64,000 nt of DNA from an uncultured Sphingorhabdus sp. (GCA_963974765.1 CAXBEI010000002.1:588450-652449); one strand, 5' to 3'; shown: positions 36,687 to 48,007, counted from the first letter of the stretch. Numbers and translations: made by a program. The notes: generated by a model from the letters alone, not told the origin.

Positions 36687-36710
36687 AAATATAAAGACAT
36701 CTTTATATTT
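36687..36710. promoter_or_regulatory. Palindromic operator upstream of ahcY (SahR-like candidate)
   Basis: Perfect AAATATAAAG-N4-CTTTATATTT. Confidence 0.6.
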
Positions 36711-36797
36711 GCTTCCAAGGCCACAAGCCTCTATTGAAAAGCCATGTTGTCGCACCGGATTGCCCGTGCGGCATTTCGTTTTTCAAGGAGACAAGAC

Positions 36798-38198
36798 GTG
36801 GCCACCGGTACCCAGGATTATGTAATCAAGGATATTTCTCTCGCCGATTTCGGACGCAAAGAGATTGAAATAGCCGAAACCGAAATGCCGGGCCTGATGG
36901 CTCTGCGTGAAGAATTTGGCGCAGACAAGCCTCTCAAAGGCGCCCGGATCACCGGATCGCTGCACATGACCATCCAGACGGCGGTGTTGATCGAAACCCT
37001 GCTCGACCTTGGCGCAGACGTACGTTGGGCGTCCTGCAACATTTTCTCGACCCAGGATCACGCCGCAGCCGCTATCGCCGCTGGCGGAACCCCGGTTTTC
37101 GCTATAAAGGGCGAAACGCTGGAAGAATATTGGGCCTATGTTGAGCGTATCTTCGACTGGGGCACGGATGAAACCTGCAACCTGATCCTCGACGATGGCG
37201 GCGATGCCACCATGTTCGCGCTATGGGGCGCACGGGTTGAAGCCGGTGAAGAATTGTTCAAGCCGGAAAACGAGGAAGAAGAAGTCTTCGTTGCCACCCT
37301 GACCCGTTTTCTTGCAGAACGCCCTGGTTATCTGACCAAGACGGTAGCAGCGATCAAGGGCGTTTCGGAAGAAACCACCACCGGTGTTCATCGTCTTTAT
37401 GAACTGGCCAAGATCGGCAAGCTTCCTTTTCCGGCGATCAACGTCAACGACAGCGTTACCAAGTCCAAGTTCGACAATCTCTATGGTTGTAAAGAGTCGC
37501 TGGTTGATGCGATCCGTCGCGCAACCGACGTCATGCTGGCTGGCAAGGTCGCTGTTGTCGCCGGTTTCGGTGATGTCGGCAAGGGTTCTGCCCAGTCGCT
37601 CCGCAACGGCGGTGCTCGCGTACTGGTAACGGAAATCGATCCGATTTGCGCGCTTCAGGCAGCGATGGAAGGCTTCGAGGTCGTGACCATGGAAGAAGGC
37701 ACGAAACGGGGCGATATTTTCGTCACCACAACCGGCAACAAGGATGTGATCACCGTCGATCACATGCGGGCCATGAAAGACCGTGCGATTGTCTGCAACA
37801 TTGGTCACTTTGACAGCGAGATTCAGATTGGTGCGCTGAAGAACATGCAATGGACCGAAATCAAGCCACAGGTTGACGAAGTGAAATTCCCGGATGGCAA
37901 GAAGCTGATCGTTCTGGCCCAGGGTCGCTTGGTCAATCTTGGTTGTGCAACCGGCCACCCTAGCTTCGTGATGTCTGCAAGCTTCACCAACCAGGTGCTG
38001 GCGCAGATCGAATTGTGGCTGCGTCCGGAGCAATATGAAAATGATGTCTATGTTCTGCCGAAGCATCTCGACGAGAAAGTCGCCGAACTGCATCTCGCGA
38101 AACTGGGCGTGAAACTGGACACGCTCAGCCAGGATCAGGCTGATTATATCGGTGTACCGGTCGAAGGCCCGTTCAAGCCGGACCATTACCGCTACTAG
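36798..38198 (+). CDS. ahcY: Adenosylhomocysteinase
   Basis: GTG start after AGGAG; [53 protein letters not shown]. Confidence 0.98.
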   Translation: MATGTQDYVIKDISLADFGRKEIEIAETEMPGLMALREEFGADKPLKGARITGSLHMTIQTAVLIETLLDLGADVRWASCNIFSTQDHAAAAIAAGGTPVFAIKGETLEEYWAYVERIFDWGTDETCNLILDDGGDATMFALWGARVEAGEELFKPENEEEEVFVATLTRFLAERPGYLTKTVAAIKGVSEETTTGVHRLYELAKIGKLPFPAINVNDSVTKSKFDNLYGCKESLVDAIRRATDVMLAGKVAVVAGFGDVGKGSAQSLRNGGARVLVTEIDPICALQAAMEGFEVVTMEEGTKRGDIFVTTTGNKDVITVDHMRAMKDRAIVCNIGHFDSEIQIGALKNMQWTEIKPQVDEVKFPDGKKLIVLAQGRLVNLGCATGHPSFVMSASFTNQVLAQIELWLRPEQYENDVYVLPKHLDEKVAELHLAKLGVKLDTLSQDQADYIGVPVEGPFKPDHYRY

Positions 38199-38218
38199 GC
38201 GATAAATATTCTGAAATG

Positions 38219-38257
38219 AAAAAGCCGGGCAGTGCACAAAGCATTGCCCGGCTTTTT
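38219..38257. terminator. Bidirectional intrinsic terminator
   Basis: AAAAAGCCGGGCAGTGC-loop-GCATTGCCCGGCTTTTT. Confidence 0.85.
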
Positions 38258-38274
38258 AATGCGCCACGCTGTTG

Positions 38275-40017
38275 TCAGCGGGAAGTGAACTGGGTCTTGC
38301 GGCCATCCGGATTACCCGGAAATTGCGGCCAGTGATTTTGCGATAGCGCACGGGCGCTGACCGACTGGATGCCGGCCTGCTTTTCATACATCCAGTAGTT
38401 GCGCAGGATGATCGAGACATATCCGCGCGTTTCTACATAGGGAATGCTTTCCATGAACAATAGCGGATCGTCATTATCCCTTATTTCGCTGTTCCAGCGC
38501 TGCACCGCACCCGGTCCGGCATTATAGGCAGCCGCAATTTTCGGCAACTTGCCGCCGGTGATCGATGATTTGCCGAGATATTCCAGATAGGATTGGCCAT
38601 ATTCGAGGTTGGTCGAAGGCCGGTAGAGATCGGATTCACTGAAGTTCAGGCCATTGGCTCTCGCTATATCGCCGGCCGTGCCGGGGCGGACCTGCATCAG
38701 GCCGATGGCGTTGGCCGGGCTCACCACCTTGCTGCGGAAAGCCGATTCCTGCAAGGTATGCGCATAGATAAGGGCGGGATCGACACGCCAGCCGCCGTCG
38801 GGCTTCCATTTAGGTGCCGGGAAACGGGCCTGGACATCGGGTTTCATGCCGCGCGGCGCATTATGGGCCAGCCAGAGCTGGGTGCGTGGCAGATCCAGCT
38901 CCCGAGCCAGTTTGATCAGGGCAGGGTGGTCACCGCCGTCGCCGATAGTGGCCTGATGCCGAAGCACTTCATCTGCCAATTGTTCTTCGCCAATTTCAAC
39001 CAGTGCGATGGCAGCCCGGACATTTTCATGCCGCTCGAGCGCCCGCCAGTCCGATTTTTCAAATGACTCGCTCTGCCTGGATTTGTTCGGCTCCATGCCC
39101 AGTGTCTGCGCGGCTAGCATGCCATAGAAACTGTCGTCGAGACGAGCCGCAGCCTGCAGCTTGCCTTGTACCCTCTCCGGTTGGCCGCATTTCAGATCGG
39201 ACCGGGCGCTCCAGTAAAGACCGGCGGCTTGCAGGTCGACGTTGGAGGCCGACCGGCCAACGGATTCGAAAGCACTGCTCGCTGACCGGCAGTCATTCAG
39301 CCGCCAGGCAGCCAGTCCAGCAACCCAATTGGCGTGGCCGACCCATTCGCCGGAGCCGTTTTGCGCTTGCCGGGCGAGACGCAGGGCCGAAGCGTCATCA
39401 TTCTCGATATAATAAGACCAAGCTACGCGCTGTTCCAGTTCCGTACGCCCTTCGGACGACATTTGCATTGCGTTGGCGCTGAGCAATGACTCGGCGCCTT
39501 GCGGATTGTCATGTTTGATAAAGTCGATGATCTGGCCGCGCACACCATTTGCCGCGCTGTCTGAACTTACATCCTTTGGCTTTGACCGGATCGGGGAGCC
39601 GGGAACCCAGGATAGATTGCGACGCTGTGGCAGGTCCGGCAGCAACTGGGCGCCGCGTTTCTGTGCCAGGCGACCCAATTGGGCGGCCTGTGGTATTTGC
39701 GGTGCTTCATTGACCAGAGTCAGCAGCGGCCCGAGTTCGGCTCTTGGGCTATTGGCGGCCAGAAAATATTCGGCTTGAGCGATCGATCTGAGCGGACCGG
39801 TCGGCGCCGTATCCATCAGGTTTTTTGCAACATCCCAGTGATCGGTACTCATTGCCGAGAACAAGGCCCGATAATGGTCGGATTGTCGTTGCTTCAGCTG
39901 CGAGGGGACATATTTCGCGATTGAAGCGCTATTGTAGAGAACCGCTCCATCATCGGCCAGCGCCGGCGTTGCAACGAGGGTGAGAAGCGAAGCGGTCAGT
40001 GCAAATTTCAGTTTCAC
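38275..40017 (-). CDS. Soluble lytic transglycosylase (SLT domain) with helical N-terminal region
   Basis: Signal peptide, LQESAF (catalytic Glu), AIGLMQVRP, AAYNAGPG, ETRGYV; GTG start overlaps the upstream stop. Confidence 0.92.
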   Translation of the reverse strand: MKLKFALTASLLTLVATPALADDGAVLYNSASIAKYVPSQLKQRQSDHYRALFSAMSTDHWDVAKNLMDTAPTGPLRSIAQAEYFLAANSPRAELGPLLTLVNEAPQIPQAAQLGRLAQKRGAQLLPDLPQRRNLSWVPGSPIRSKPKDVSSDSAANGVRGQIIDFIKHDNPQGAESLLSANAMQMSSEGRTELEQRVAWSYYIENDDASALRLARQAQNGSGEWVGHANWVAGLAAWRLNDCRSASSAFESVGRSASNVDLQAAGLYWSARSDLKCGQPERVQGKLQAAARLDDSFYGMLAAQTLGMEPNKSRQSESFEKSDWRALERHENVRAAIALVEIGEEQLADEVLRHQATIGDGGDHPALIKLARELDLPRTQLWLAHNAPRGMKPDVQARFPAPKWKPDGGWRVDPALIYAHTLQESAFRSKVVSPANAIGLMQVRPGTAGDIARANGLNFSESDLYRPSTNLEYGQSYLEYLGKSSITGGKLPKIAAAYNAGPGAVQRWNSEIRDNDDPLLFMESIPYVETRGYVSIILRNYWMYEKQAGIQSVSARALSQNHWPQFPGNPDGRKTQFTSR

Positions 40018-40790
40018 GAGGCAGAAATCCTTGTCAGCATTTGCAGATCTTTCCAAGCTTCGGCCTTGAACAATGGCCGCTCGATCAGGATCCGCGGGTG
40101 AAATGTCACGATCGCCTCTGTTTTTGATGAACTATGGTTAATAAATTGCTTATTTTTGCGCGCAGTCAGCAGATCTTCGCCGAACAGGATCTTTGCCGCC
40201 ATGTCGCCGAGGCAGATGACGCGTTTCGGACGGACCAGTGCGATGTGATGCAAGAGCCGCTTTTTAAAGGTGGGCCAATGCTGTTCGTCAATCCTGCCGT
40301 CATAGGGAATAGATACGGCAATATTCGCGAGATAGGACTGCTGCGAATCACATCCGATTGCCGCCAGCATCTTCTCCAGCAACTTCTGATTGTCCGGATT
40401 GAACAACTGGACTTCGCCATTGCGATTTTTTTCCGGTAGCGCGGAAATCACCATGATCTCCGGTTCCAGCGCGCCTTGCGGGGACACTCTTTGCTTCGAC
40501 CAGCTTGTTTCGATCAGACTGTCGCCATTGGCCAGCCATTCGAGAAAGTCCGGATAGGCGGCAGGTAGAGGTTCGTCCTGTACCGGCCTTTTGGCCTGCT
40601 CCGGCACGCGTTCCGTAACGGTTGCCGTCGGCGGCGCTTCTTTTGCCCGAGATACAGTCTCGACAGCCAAAAGCGCTGCCGGTTGATCGGCATAATCCAG
40701 CTCGACGCCAGCGAGCGACCACCAGTCTTGCAGACTGTGGATCATCGACTCAGCGGACGGATTAGTCGTTGGTGCGGAGATTAAATTCAT
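40014..40790 (-). CDS. Uracil-DNA glycosylase family-4-like protein, divergent
   Basis: LLEKMLAAIG, HIALVRPKRVICLG, TFHPRILIERP..KAEAWKDL resemble family-4 UDG. Confidence 0.7.
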   Translation of the reverse strand: MNLISAPTTNPSAESMIHSLQDWWSLAGVELDYADQPAALLAVETVSRAKEAPPTATVTERVPEQAKRPVQDEPLPAAYPDFLEWLANGDSLIETSWSKQRVSPQGALEPEIMVISALPEKNRNGEVQLFNPDNQKLLEKMLAAIGCDSQQSYLANIAVSIPYDGRIDEQHWPTFKKRLLHHIALVRPKRVICLGDMAAKILFGEDLLTARKNKQFINHSSSKTEAIVTFHPRILIERPLFKAEAWKDLQMLTRISAS

Positions 40791-40918
40791 TTATGCATAG
40801 AGTCATGAGTTGACGAATAGGTCAATTGGCGGGAAAGCAGGTTTCTGCCCAGCGGGTTGCGGTTTACGACAGACCGAATGTACAAGAGAATAAAAGCAAG
40901 AATTGTAGGAAAAGCGAC

Positions 40919-42574
40919 ATGAGCGAACGAGAGTCAATGCCATATGATCTGGTGATAGTCGGGGGTGGCCCCGCCGGTCTCAGTGCAGCCATAAGGTTCA
41001 AGCAACTCGCCGACGAGGCAGGCAAGGACCTCTCGGTATGCATATTGGAAAAAGGCTCCGAAATCGGCGCGCACATCCTGTCCGGCGCGGTCGTTGATCC
41101 CAAAGGTCTCGACGAGCTTTTTCCTGCTTGGCGGGACGAGGATTGTCCGCTCGCAAAAACGCCCGTGACCGAGAATCATCACTGGATTTTGACCAAGAAG
41201 AAAAAATTCGCCTTCCCCCATTTCATGACGCCCTCGTTCATGCACAACAAGGGTACCTACACCGGATCTCTCGGCAATCTCTGCCGCTGGCTCGGCGAAC
41301 GGGCCGAGAATATGGGCGTCGAGATTTTTCCGGGCTTTGCTGCTGCGGAGATTTTGTACAATGAAGATGGCTCGGTAAAGGGCGTCGCCACCGGCGATAT
41401 GGGCGTTGCCCGCGATGGCAGCCACAAGCCGGACTACGAGCCTGGTCTCGAACTGCACGCAAAATATACGTTCTTCGCCGAAGGCGCGCGGGGCCATCTG
41501 ACCAAGATTCTCAAAAACCAGTTCGCGCTTGATGCCGAGAGCCAGCCGCAAATTTATGGCCTCGGGGTCAAGGAATTGTGGGATATTGATCCGGCGAAAC
41601 ATAAAGCCGGCCGCGTTATCCATACGCAAGGCTGGCCACTGAGCGAAGGTGCTAATGGCGGCGGATTTCTCTATCATCAGGCAGATAACCAGGTCGCACT
41701 CGGCTTTGTCACCTGGCTGAACTATGAAAATCCCTATCTCTCGCCATTTGAAGAAATGCAGCAGTGGAAACTGCATCCGGAAATTCGCAAGATATTGGAA
41801 GGCGGCAAGCGGGTTTCCTATGGAGCACGTGCGATTAACGATGGCGGCTTTCAGGCCGTGCCGAAACTATTTTTCCCCGGTGGCGCGCTGATCGGTTGTT
41901 CTGCCGGTTTCGTGAATGTGCCGCGTATCAAGGGTACGCATACCGCGATGAAGACCGGCATGATGGCCGCAGAAGCCGCTTATGAGGCGATCGTGGCTGA
42001 ACGCACGAGCGACGAGCTCACCGCTTATGGAACAGCCTATGAGAATAGCTGGGTCCGCGAAGAATTGCGCGTGGTTCGCAATGTCCTGCCGGCGGTAGAG
42101 AAATATGGTGATTTCCTCGGCACGATCATTTCCGGCATCAACATGTGGGCCGAGCATCTGAAGATCAAAATGCCGTTCACGATGAAATTGCACCCCGACT
42201 GGTCGCGACTGAAACGGGCGGAACATTGTGTGAAGATCGAATATCCGAAACCCGATGGGAAGCTCACTTTCGATCGCCTGTCTTCGGTATTTCTGTCGAA
42301 CACCAACCACGAAGAAGACCAGCCGGTGCATCTTCAGCTGAAAGACCCGAATATTCCGGTTGATGTCAATTTGCCGGTGTTCGCCGGTCCTTCGGCACGC
42401 TATTGCCCGGCGGGTGTTTACGAATTTATCGAGGACGAGGCCGGCAAGCCGAAATTCCAGATCAACGCGCAAAATTGTGTGCATTGCAAGACCTGTGATA
42501 TCAAGGATCCGGCTCAGAATATCAATTGGGTCGTACCGGAAGGCGGCGGAGGTCCAAATTATCCGAATATGTAG
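40919..42574 (+). CDS. Electron transfer flavoprotein-ubiquinone oxidoreductase
   Basis: IVGGGPAGL, EKGSEIGAHILSGA, KGTHTAMKTG, 4Fe-4S motif CPAGVYE...NCVHCKTCDIKDP. Confidence 0.97.
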   Translation: MSERESMPYDLVIVGGGPAGLSAAIRFKQLADEAGKDLSVCILEKGSEIGAHILSGAVVDPKGLDELFPAWRDEDCPLAKTPVTENHHWILTKKKKFAFPHFMTPSFMHNKGTYTGSLGNLCRWLGERAENMGVEIFPGFAAAEILYNEDGSVKGVATGDMGVARDGSHKPDYEPGLELHAKYTFFAEGARGHLTKILKNQFALDAESQPQIYGLGVKELWDIDPAKHKAGRVIHTQGWPLSEGANGGGFLYHQADNQVALGFVTWLNYENPYLSPFEEMQQWKLHPEIRKILEGGKRVSYGARAINDGGFQAVPKLFFPGGALIGCSAGFVNVPRIKGTHTAMKTGMMAAEAAYEAIVAERTSDELTAYGTAYENSWVREELRVVRNVLPAVEKYGDFLGTIISGINMWAEHLKIKMPFTMKLHPDWSRLKRAEHCVKIEYPKPDGKLTFDRLSSVFLSNTNHEEDQPVHLQLKDPNIPVDVNLPVFAGPSARYCPAGVYEFIEDEAGKPKFQINAQNCVHCKTCDIKDPAQNINWVVPEGGGGPNYPNM

Positions 42575-44231
42575 TCTCGGCCTATGTGCGCTGCTTGTCG
42601 CCGGACAAGCAGCTTCACCGGCGCTTGCCAGCCGCGGCGACAGTGCAGCGGCGCTCAACCGTTTTGTCGAAGCCCGGCTGGCTCAATCGTCTGACGAATT
42701 GCAGACTGCGTCTGCAATTTATGGCGAGAGCCTGAAAGAACAGCCGGACAATGAGCTGCTGGCCGGGAAAGCCTATGTCAGCGCCATCGAAACGGGTGAT
42801 TTTGATCTGGCGGCGAAAGCCGTCCGGGTCCTGCAATTGCGTGGCAAAGCGGAACCGGAAATGCCGCTGGTGCTCTTCGCGGCGGCTTTTGCGCAGCGCG
42901 ACTGGAACGGCGCTGATCTGGCGACCGTCGAACTGGAGGCGCTGAAGAATTTTGCCTTTCTCCAGCCCTATCTCGAGGCATGGCTGGAAACAGCGCGAGG
43001 CCGGGACGGCACGGCCACTCTTTCGCGGTCAAAAACCAATTCGACCGCTCAATATTATCTCGAAGAAAATCTCATATTGAACAGTCTGGCCAATCAGCAG
43101 GAAAGCAAAGCGATTCGCATGCTGACCGCGATGGTCGAGCGCAACGAATCGCGCATGGCGCCGGTACGGATAATCGCTGCCCAGCATTTCTGGGCAAAAA
43201 ACGACGTGGAGACGGCCAAGGCAATTCTGAAATTCCGGCCTTCGGCACCGGAGCAGCTACTATATCAGCATATCGAGGCCGGCCGGAAAAAGGGCGTTGC
43301 ACAAAAGGTCACGCCTTCAATCGGGCTGGCATTTCTCTTTCAGAGACTTTCGAACGATCTGGCGGCGCAGCGGGCCGAGTTCCTCTCGCAGGTGTCGGCC
43401 CAGGCCAGCACGCACGTCGCCGGCAAATCCGACTATGCCCGTCTGACGCTTGGACGATCCTATGCGATTGCGGGAAACCATGATCTGGCGGTAGCGGAAT
43501 ATTCACGGATCGGTCGTGACAGTCCCTATTTTCTGGTCGGACTGAGTTCCGAGATCGCGAGTCTCGTGGCAAATAATCACCACGACCAGGCGGTTGCACG
43601 GCTCGACGCGGCCCTGGAATATAATCCGGAGGCTCCCGAACTATACATATTGAAGGGGCAATCGCTGCAAGCGCATGGTGACAATAAAGCAGCGGCCAGC
43701 GCTTTTGAATCGGCGATCCAACTGGGCGAGAAACTGGGCCGGTCCGATGTGATCATGGCCAATTACTGGCTCGCGTTGGGTGGCGCACAGGAGCAGGCCG
43801 GTATCTGGCCGGCGGGACTGGAATCTTTGCGCAAAGCCAATGAACTGCTGCCAAATTCGCCGACGATCCTGAACTATCTCGGCTACGCCCAACTTGAACG
43901 GCGCGAAAATGAAGCGGAAGCGATTGCCGCGATCAAGCAGGCGCATGAATTACGCTCGACGTCGCCAGCAATCACCGATTCCCTCGGCTGGGCCTATTTC
44001 ATCACCGGCGAGCATGATCGTGCTGTTGCCTATCTGGAAAGCGCGCTCGAAGGCCAGCCGCAGGACCCGACGATCAACGAACATCTCGGCGATGCTTACT
44101 GGACCGTTGGCCGTCTCTATGAAGCGCGCTATGCTTGGAAATCTGCAAAATTATTCGCAGAGGATGAGGATGCGCAACGTCTCGCCAGCAAAATAGACCT
44201 GGGTCTCCGGCCCGATCTTATATCGCCCTGA
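42558..44231 (+). CDS. Exported tetratricopeptide repeat protein (start uncertain)
   Basis: Signal-like CSLGLCALLVAGQAASPALA; TPRs LNYLGY, DSLGW, EHLGDAYW; upstream of ispE. Confidence 0.82.
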   Translation: MIRICSLGLCALLVAGQAASPALASRGDSAAALNRFVEARLAQSSDELQTASAIYGESLKEQPDNELLAGKAYVSAIETGDFDLAAKAVRVLQLRGKAEPEMPLVLFAAAFAQRDWNGADLATVELEALKNFAFLQPYLEAWLETARGRDGTATLSRSKTNSTAQYYLEENLILNSLANQQESKAIRMLTAMVERNESRMAPVRIIAAQHFWAKNDVETAKAILKFRPSAPEQLLYQHIEAGRKKGVAQKVTPSIGLAFLFQRLSNDLAAQRAEFLSQVSAQASTHVAGKSDYARLTLGRSYAIAGNHDLAVAEYSRIGRDSPYFLVGLSSEIASLVANNHHDQAVARLDAALEYNPEAPELYILKGQSLQAHGDNKAAASAFESAIQLGEKLGRSDVIMANYWLALGGAQEQAGIWPAGLESLRKANELLPNSPTILNYLGYAQLERRENEAEAIAAIKQAHELRSTSPAITDSLGWAYFITGEHDRAVAYLESALEGQPQDPTINEHLGDAYWTVGRLYEARYAWKSAKLFAEDEDAQRLASKIDLGLRPDLISP

Positions 44232-45085
44232 TGTCCGATCAAGACTGGGGCGCGGCGAATAGTGAAACGGCCTATGCAAAAATCAATCTGGCTCTCCATG
44301 TCCGCAAGCGACTGCCCGATGGCTATCACGAGCTCGAGACGATATTCGCGTTTCTCGACCAGGGCGATCTGATTTCGGTGCAGCCGGGCGAGGGCATTAC
44401 TCTGGAAATAGGCGGTCGCTTTGCGCAAGGGCTGAGCAGGACAGACAATCTGGTTGTGCAGGCTGCGACGCGGCTTGCTGAGCTATCCGATGTGAAACAC
44501 GGCGCCCGCCTTCATCTCGACAAGCGTCTGCCGATCGCTTCGGGGATCGGCGGAGGTTCGGCCGATGCCGCGGCGACATTGCGGCTGCTCAACCGCTTCT
44601 GGGGACTTGATCATTCGATTGCAGATCTGGCAGAAATCGCGAAGCCGCTGGGTGCCGATGTCCCCGCCTGCGTAGCCAGCCTGACCTGTCGCGGCACCGG
44701 TATCGGTCAGGATCTCGAGGTGATATCCGATAAGGATCTGCCGGGCTGCACGGCCCTTCTGATCAATCCGCTCGTGCCAGTGTCTACCGCGGACATATTC
44801 CGCGCCTGGGATGGTGTTGATCGTGGCGCTCTAGAAAGCGGACCGGTCATCACCGCCGCCCGCAACGGCAGAAACGATCTCGAGAAACCGGCCATCGCCA
44901 TGGTGCCGCTATTGTCGGATGTGCTGCAAATGCTGGAAGAGTGCCAGCCTGTCATCGCGCGGATGTCAGGATCCGGCGCGACATGTTTTGCCTTGTTTCA
45001 ATCACTCGCCGAGGCCAGAAATGCCGAGAGCCACTGCCAGAATATGACAGACGGCCTATGGACGATGACTGGGGAAATTCGATGA
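44231..45085 (+). CDS. ispE: 4-diphosphocytidyl-2C-methyl-D-erythritol kinase
   Basis: AKINLALHV, KRLPIASGIGGGSADAAA, LGADVP, RMSGSGATCF. Confidence 0.96.
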   Translation: MSDQDWGAANSETAYAKINLALHVRKRLPDGYHELETIFAFLDQGDLISVQPGEGITLEIGGRFAQGLSRTDNLVVQAATRLAELSDVKHGARLHLDKRLPIASGIGGGSADAAATLRLLNRFWGLDHSIADLAEIAKPLGADVPACVASLTCRGTGIGQDLEVISDKDLPGCTALLINPLVPVSTADIFRAWDGVDRGALESGPVITAARNGRNDLEKPAIAMVPLLSDVLQMLEECQPVIARMSGSGATCFALFQSLAEARNAESHCQNMTDGLWTMTGEIR

Positions 45086-45810
45086 CCGAAGCTTTTGAAA
45101 TATCCGGCGTTCCCTCAGAAGGAGGCGTGCTGATCGTGGTCGATCATGCTTCCAGCCACGTACCGGACGATATTAATCTGGGTATTTCACCGCAATATCA
45201 GCAAGACCATATCGCCTTTGATCCCGGTATCGCGCCGATCGCCCGTCTGATGACCGAACATAGCGGCTATCTTGCCATTCTCAGCACGGCTTCCCGGCTG
45301 ATCGTCGATCTCAACCGCTATCCTGATGAAGCGGCCGTTATCGTCGAACGCAGCGATGGCGTGGAAATCCCGGGCAATCATCTGTCCGCCGAAGAGCGGC
45401 AAGCGAGGCTGGATCGCTTCTTCACCCCCTATCACGACCGGGTAGCGGCCTTGATCGCGGACCTGAAGCCAGCGCTCGTTGCATCGCTGCACAGCTTCTC
45501 GCCGACGTTGCGCACCAACCCGCAACTGAAACGCCCGTGGGATATGGGCATCATGTATAACGAACATCAGACGGCCCCGCGCTTGGCGCTCCAGTACCTC
45601 GGCGAAGAGGAAGGACTGATCGTCGGTGATCAGATGCCCTATTCCGGCAAAGATCTGAACGCGACGATGAACCGCCAGTGCGAAGCCATCGGTCAGCCCT
45701 ATATCGGCGTCGAGGTCCGTCAGGATCTGATCCGGGAAGAGGCAGGACAGCGCCGTTTCGCTGATATTTTATTGTGTAGTTGCGATAAAATAAGAACAGC
45801 CCTTGCTTAA
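45082..45810 (+). CDS. N-formylglutamate amidohydrolase family protein
   Basis: VDHAS, HIAFDPG, SRLIVDLNR, LHSF, YIGVEVRQDLI. Confidence 0.88.
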   Translation: MTEAFEISGVPSEGGVLIVVDHASSHVPDDINLGISPQYQQDHIAFDPGIAPIARLMTEHSGYLAILSTASRLIVDLNRYPDEAAVIVERSDGVEIPGNHLSAEERQARLDRFFTPYHDRVAALIADLKPALVASLHSFSPTLRTNPQLKRPWDMGIMYNEHQTAPRLALQYLGEEEGLIVGDQMPYSGKDLNATMNRQCEAIGQPYIGVEVRQDLIREEAGQRRFADILLCSCDKIRTALA

Positions 45811-45861
45811 CCGGCGGACTTTTGAAAGGACGATCCGGAAATTGCCATATTGGAAGCCAGA

Positions 45862-47583
45862 ATGACCAACAGATTCGATAAGTCCCGTTTGCCAAGCCGT
45901 CATGTCAGTGTCGGACCGGAGCGCGCGCCCCAGCGCAGCTATTATTATGCGATGGGCATGACCGAAGAAGATATCGCAAAGCCGTTCGTCGGCATCGCCT
46001 CTGCGGGCAATGACAGCGCCCCGTGCAACACTTTGCTCGACGGGCAGGCGGATATCGCGCGCGAAGGCGTGATCGAAGCTGGCGGTACGCCCCGGCGATT
46101 CAACACGATCACCGTCACCGACGGCATTGCCATGGGCCATCAGGGTATGAAGGCGTCGCTGGTCTCCCGCGAAGTCATCGCCGACAGTGTCGAACTGAGC
46201 GTCCGTGGCCACTGTTATGACGCTGTGATCGGCTATGCCGGTTGCGACAAGAGCCTGCCCGGCATGATGATGGCGATGCTGCGGCTCAATGTCCCGTCGA
46301 TCTTTGTCTATGGTGGTTCGATCCTTCCGGGCCGCTTTCATGACCATGACGTAACCGTCGTCGACGTGTTTGAAGCCGTTGGTCAGCATAGTGCCGGCAA
46401 TTGCCCCCTGCAGGAACTGATCGAACTGGAAAAAGTCGCCTGTCCCGGACACGGCGCCTGCGGCGGTCAATTTACCGCCAACACCATGGCCTGCGTCGCC
46501 GAAGCCATCGGCCTGTCCTTGCCAAACAGCAATATGGCCCCCGCGCCTTATGAAACCCGCGACGATATGGCGCGGGCTGCGGGCCGTCAGATTATGAACC
46601 TGATTGAGCTCAATCTGCGGCCGCGCGATATTTGCACAAAGGATGCATTCATCAACGCCGCGCGCGTCGTCGCCGCCACCGGTGGTTCGACCAACGCCGC
46701 CTTGCATCTGCCTGCGATGGCCAGCGAAGCCGGGATCGATTTCGACCTGTTCGATGTCGCCGAAATCTTTAAAACCACGCCCTATCTCGCCGACCTGAAG
46801 CCGGGCGGAAAATATGTCGCCAAGGACATGCACGATGCCGGCGGCGTCTACATGCTGATGAAGACGATGATGGATAACGGCCTGATCAATGGCGATTGCA
46901 TCACCGTAACCGGCAAGACTCTAGGCGAGAATATCGAGGAAATCGTCTGGAACCCGGACCAGAAGGTCATCTATGACGTCCAGCACGCGATTACCGCAAC
47001 CGGCGGCGTTGTCGGCCTGCGCGGTTCGCTGGCACCGGAAGGCGCGATCGTCAAAGTTGCCGGCATGGACCGTCTGCAGTTCCGCGGTCCGGCCCAGGTG
47101 TTCGAATGCGAGGAAGATGCCTTCGCGTCCGTCGAAAAACGCGAAATCAAGGAAGGCGCCGTTGTCGTCATCCGCAACGAAGGACCAAAAGGCGGTCCCG
47201 GCATGCGCGAAATGCTGGCCACCACCGCTGCGCTTTACGGTCAGGGCATGGGCGAGAAAGTCGCGCTGATCACCGATGGCCGTTTCTCCGGCGCAACCCG
47301 GGGATTCTGCATCGGCCACGTCGGTCCGGAGGCCGCTGATGGCGGTCCTATCGGACTGATCGAGGAAGGCGACATGATCAATATCGATGCCGAGAAGGGT
47401 ATCATTGATCTGGAAGTCGACGAGGCTATTCTGGCAGAACGTAGAGAAAAATTTACGCGACGCGAAACCGATTATGGTTCAGGAGCATTGTGGCGCTATG
47501 CGCAAAATGTGGGGCCGGCCTATCAGGGGGCGGTAACCCATCCGGGAGCCAAGGCTGAAAAACATGTCTATGCGGATATCTAG
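45862..47583 (+). CDS. ilvD: Dihydroxy-acid dehydratase
   Basis: [52 protein letters not shown]. Confidence 0.96.
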   Translation: MTNRFDKSRLPSRHVSVGPERAPQRSYYYAMGMTEEDIAKPFVGIASAGNDSAPCNTLLDGQADIAREGVIEAGGTPRRFNTITVTDGIAMGHQGMKASLVSREVIADSVELSVRGHCYDAVIGYAGCDKSLPGMMMAMLRLNVPSIFVYGGSILPGRFHDHDVTVVDVFEAVGQHSAGNCPLQELIELEKVACPGHGACGGQFTANTMACVAEAIGLSLPNSNMAPAPYETRDDMARAAGRQIMNLIELNLRPRDICTKDAFINAARVVAATGGSTNAALHLPAMASEAGIDFDLFDVAEIFKTTPYLADLKPGGKYVAKDMHDAGGVYMLMKTMMDNGLINGDCITVTGKTLGENIEEIVWNPDQKVIYDVQHAITATGGVVGLRGSLAPEGAIVKVAGMDRLQFRGPAQVFECEEDAFASVEKREIKEGAVVVIRNEGPKGGPGMREMLATTAALYGQGMGEKVALITDGRFSGATRGFCIGHVGPEAADGGPIGLIEEGDMINIDAEKGIIDLEVDEAILAERREKFTRRETDYGSGALWRYAQNVGPAYQGAVTHPGAKAEKHVYADI

Positions 47584-48007
47584 CACTGTTGCCTGTATTT
47601 TATTGCTGACGGCCTGCGATAACAGGCCGGATAATAGTGTGCTCGCGGAAGCGGAACAACGGGCAGCGGATCAGGCGGTCGATGACGGAAAGATCGAATG
47701 CGCGATCAATGGTGACAGCAATTTCACCCGCGACTGTTTCACCGAACGTTTGAGCGGCGAGGGCAGGGTGACGATGATCATCCGTCATCCCGATGGCGGC
47801 TTTCGCCGGTTCAATGTGCTGACCGACGGTCACGGGCTGGAAGCCGCCGACGGTTTTGACAAGGCCCATGTCTCGATTGTCGAGGATGGCAAGATACAGG
47901 TCAGCGTCGGACCGGATAAATATCTGCTGCCAGCACAGATCAAACCCGGTGCCAATGCAAGTGCAGCACCCGTTGTCGAAAAAGACCCGGCGCAAGCCGG
48001 AAACTAG
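47570..48007 (+). CDS. Hypothetical lipoprotein
   Basis: Lipobox LLTAC after a hydrophobic leader; HPDGGFRRF motif. Confidence 0.75.
   Translation: MRISSTVACILLLTACDNRPDNSVLAEAEQRAADQAVDDGKIECAINGDSNFTRDCFTERLSGEGRVTMIIRHPDGGFRRFNVLTDGHGLEAADGFDKAHVSIVEDGKIQVSVGPDKYLLPAQIKPGANASAAPVVEKDPAQAGN

Noticed and set aside
38155-38175. PVEG/GTCGAAGG at the ahcY 3' end as another repeat copy
   Set aside because: It is part of the normal AhcY C-terminal [10 protein letters not shown] motif and has no flanking inverted repeats.
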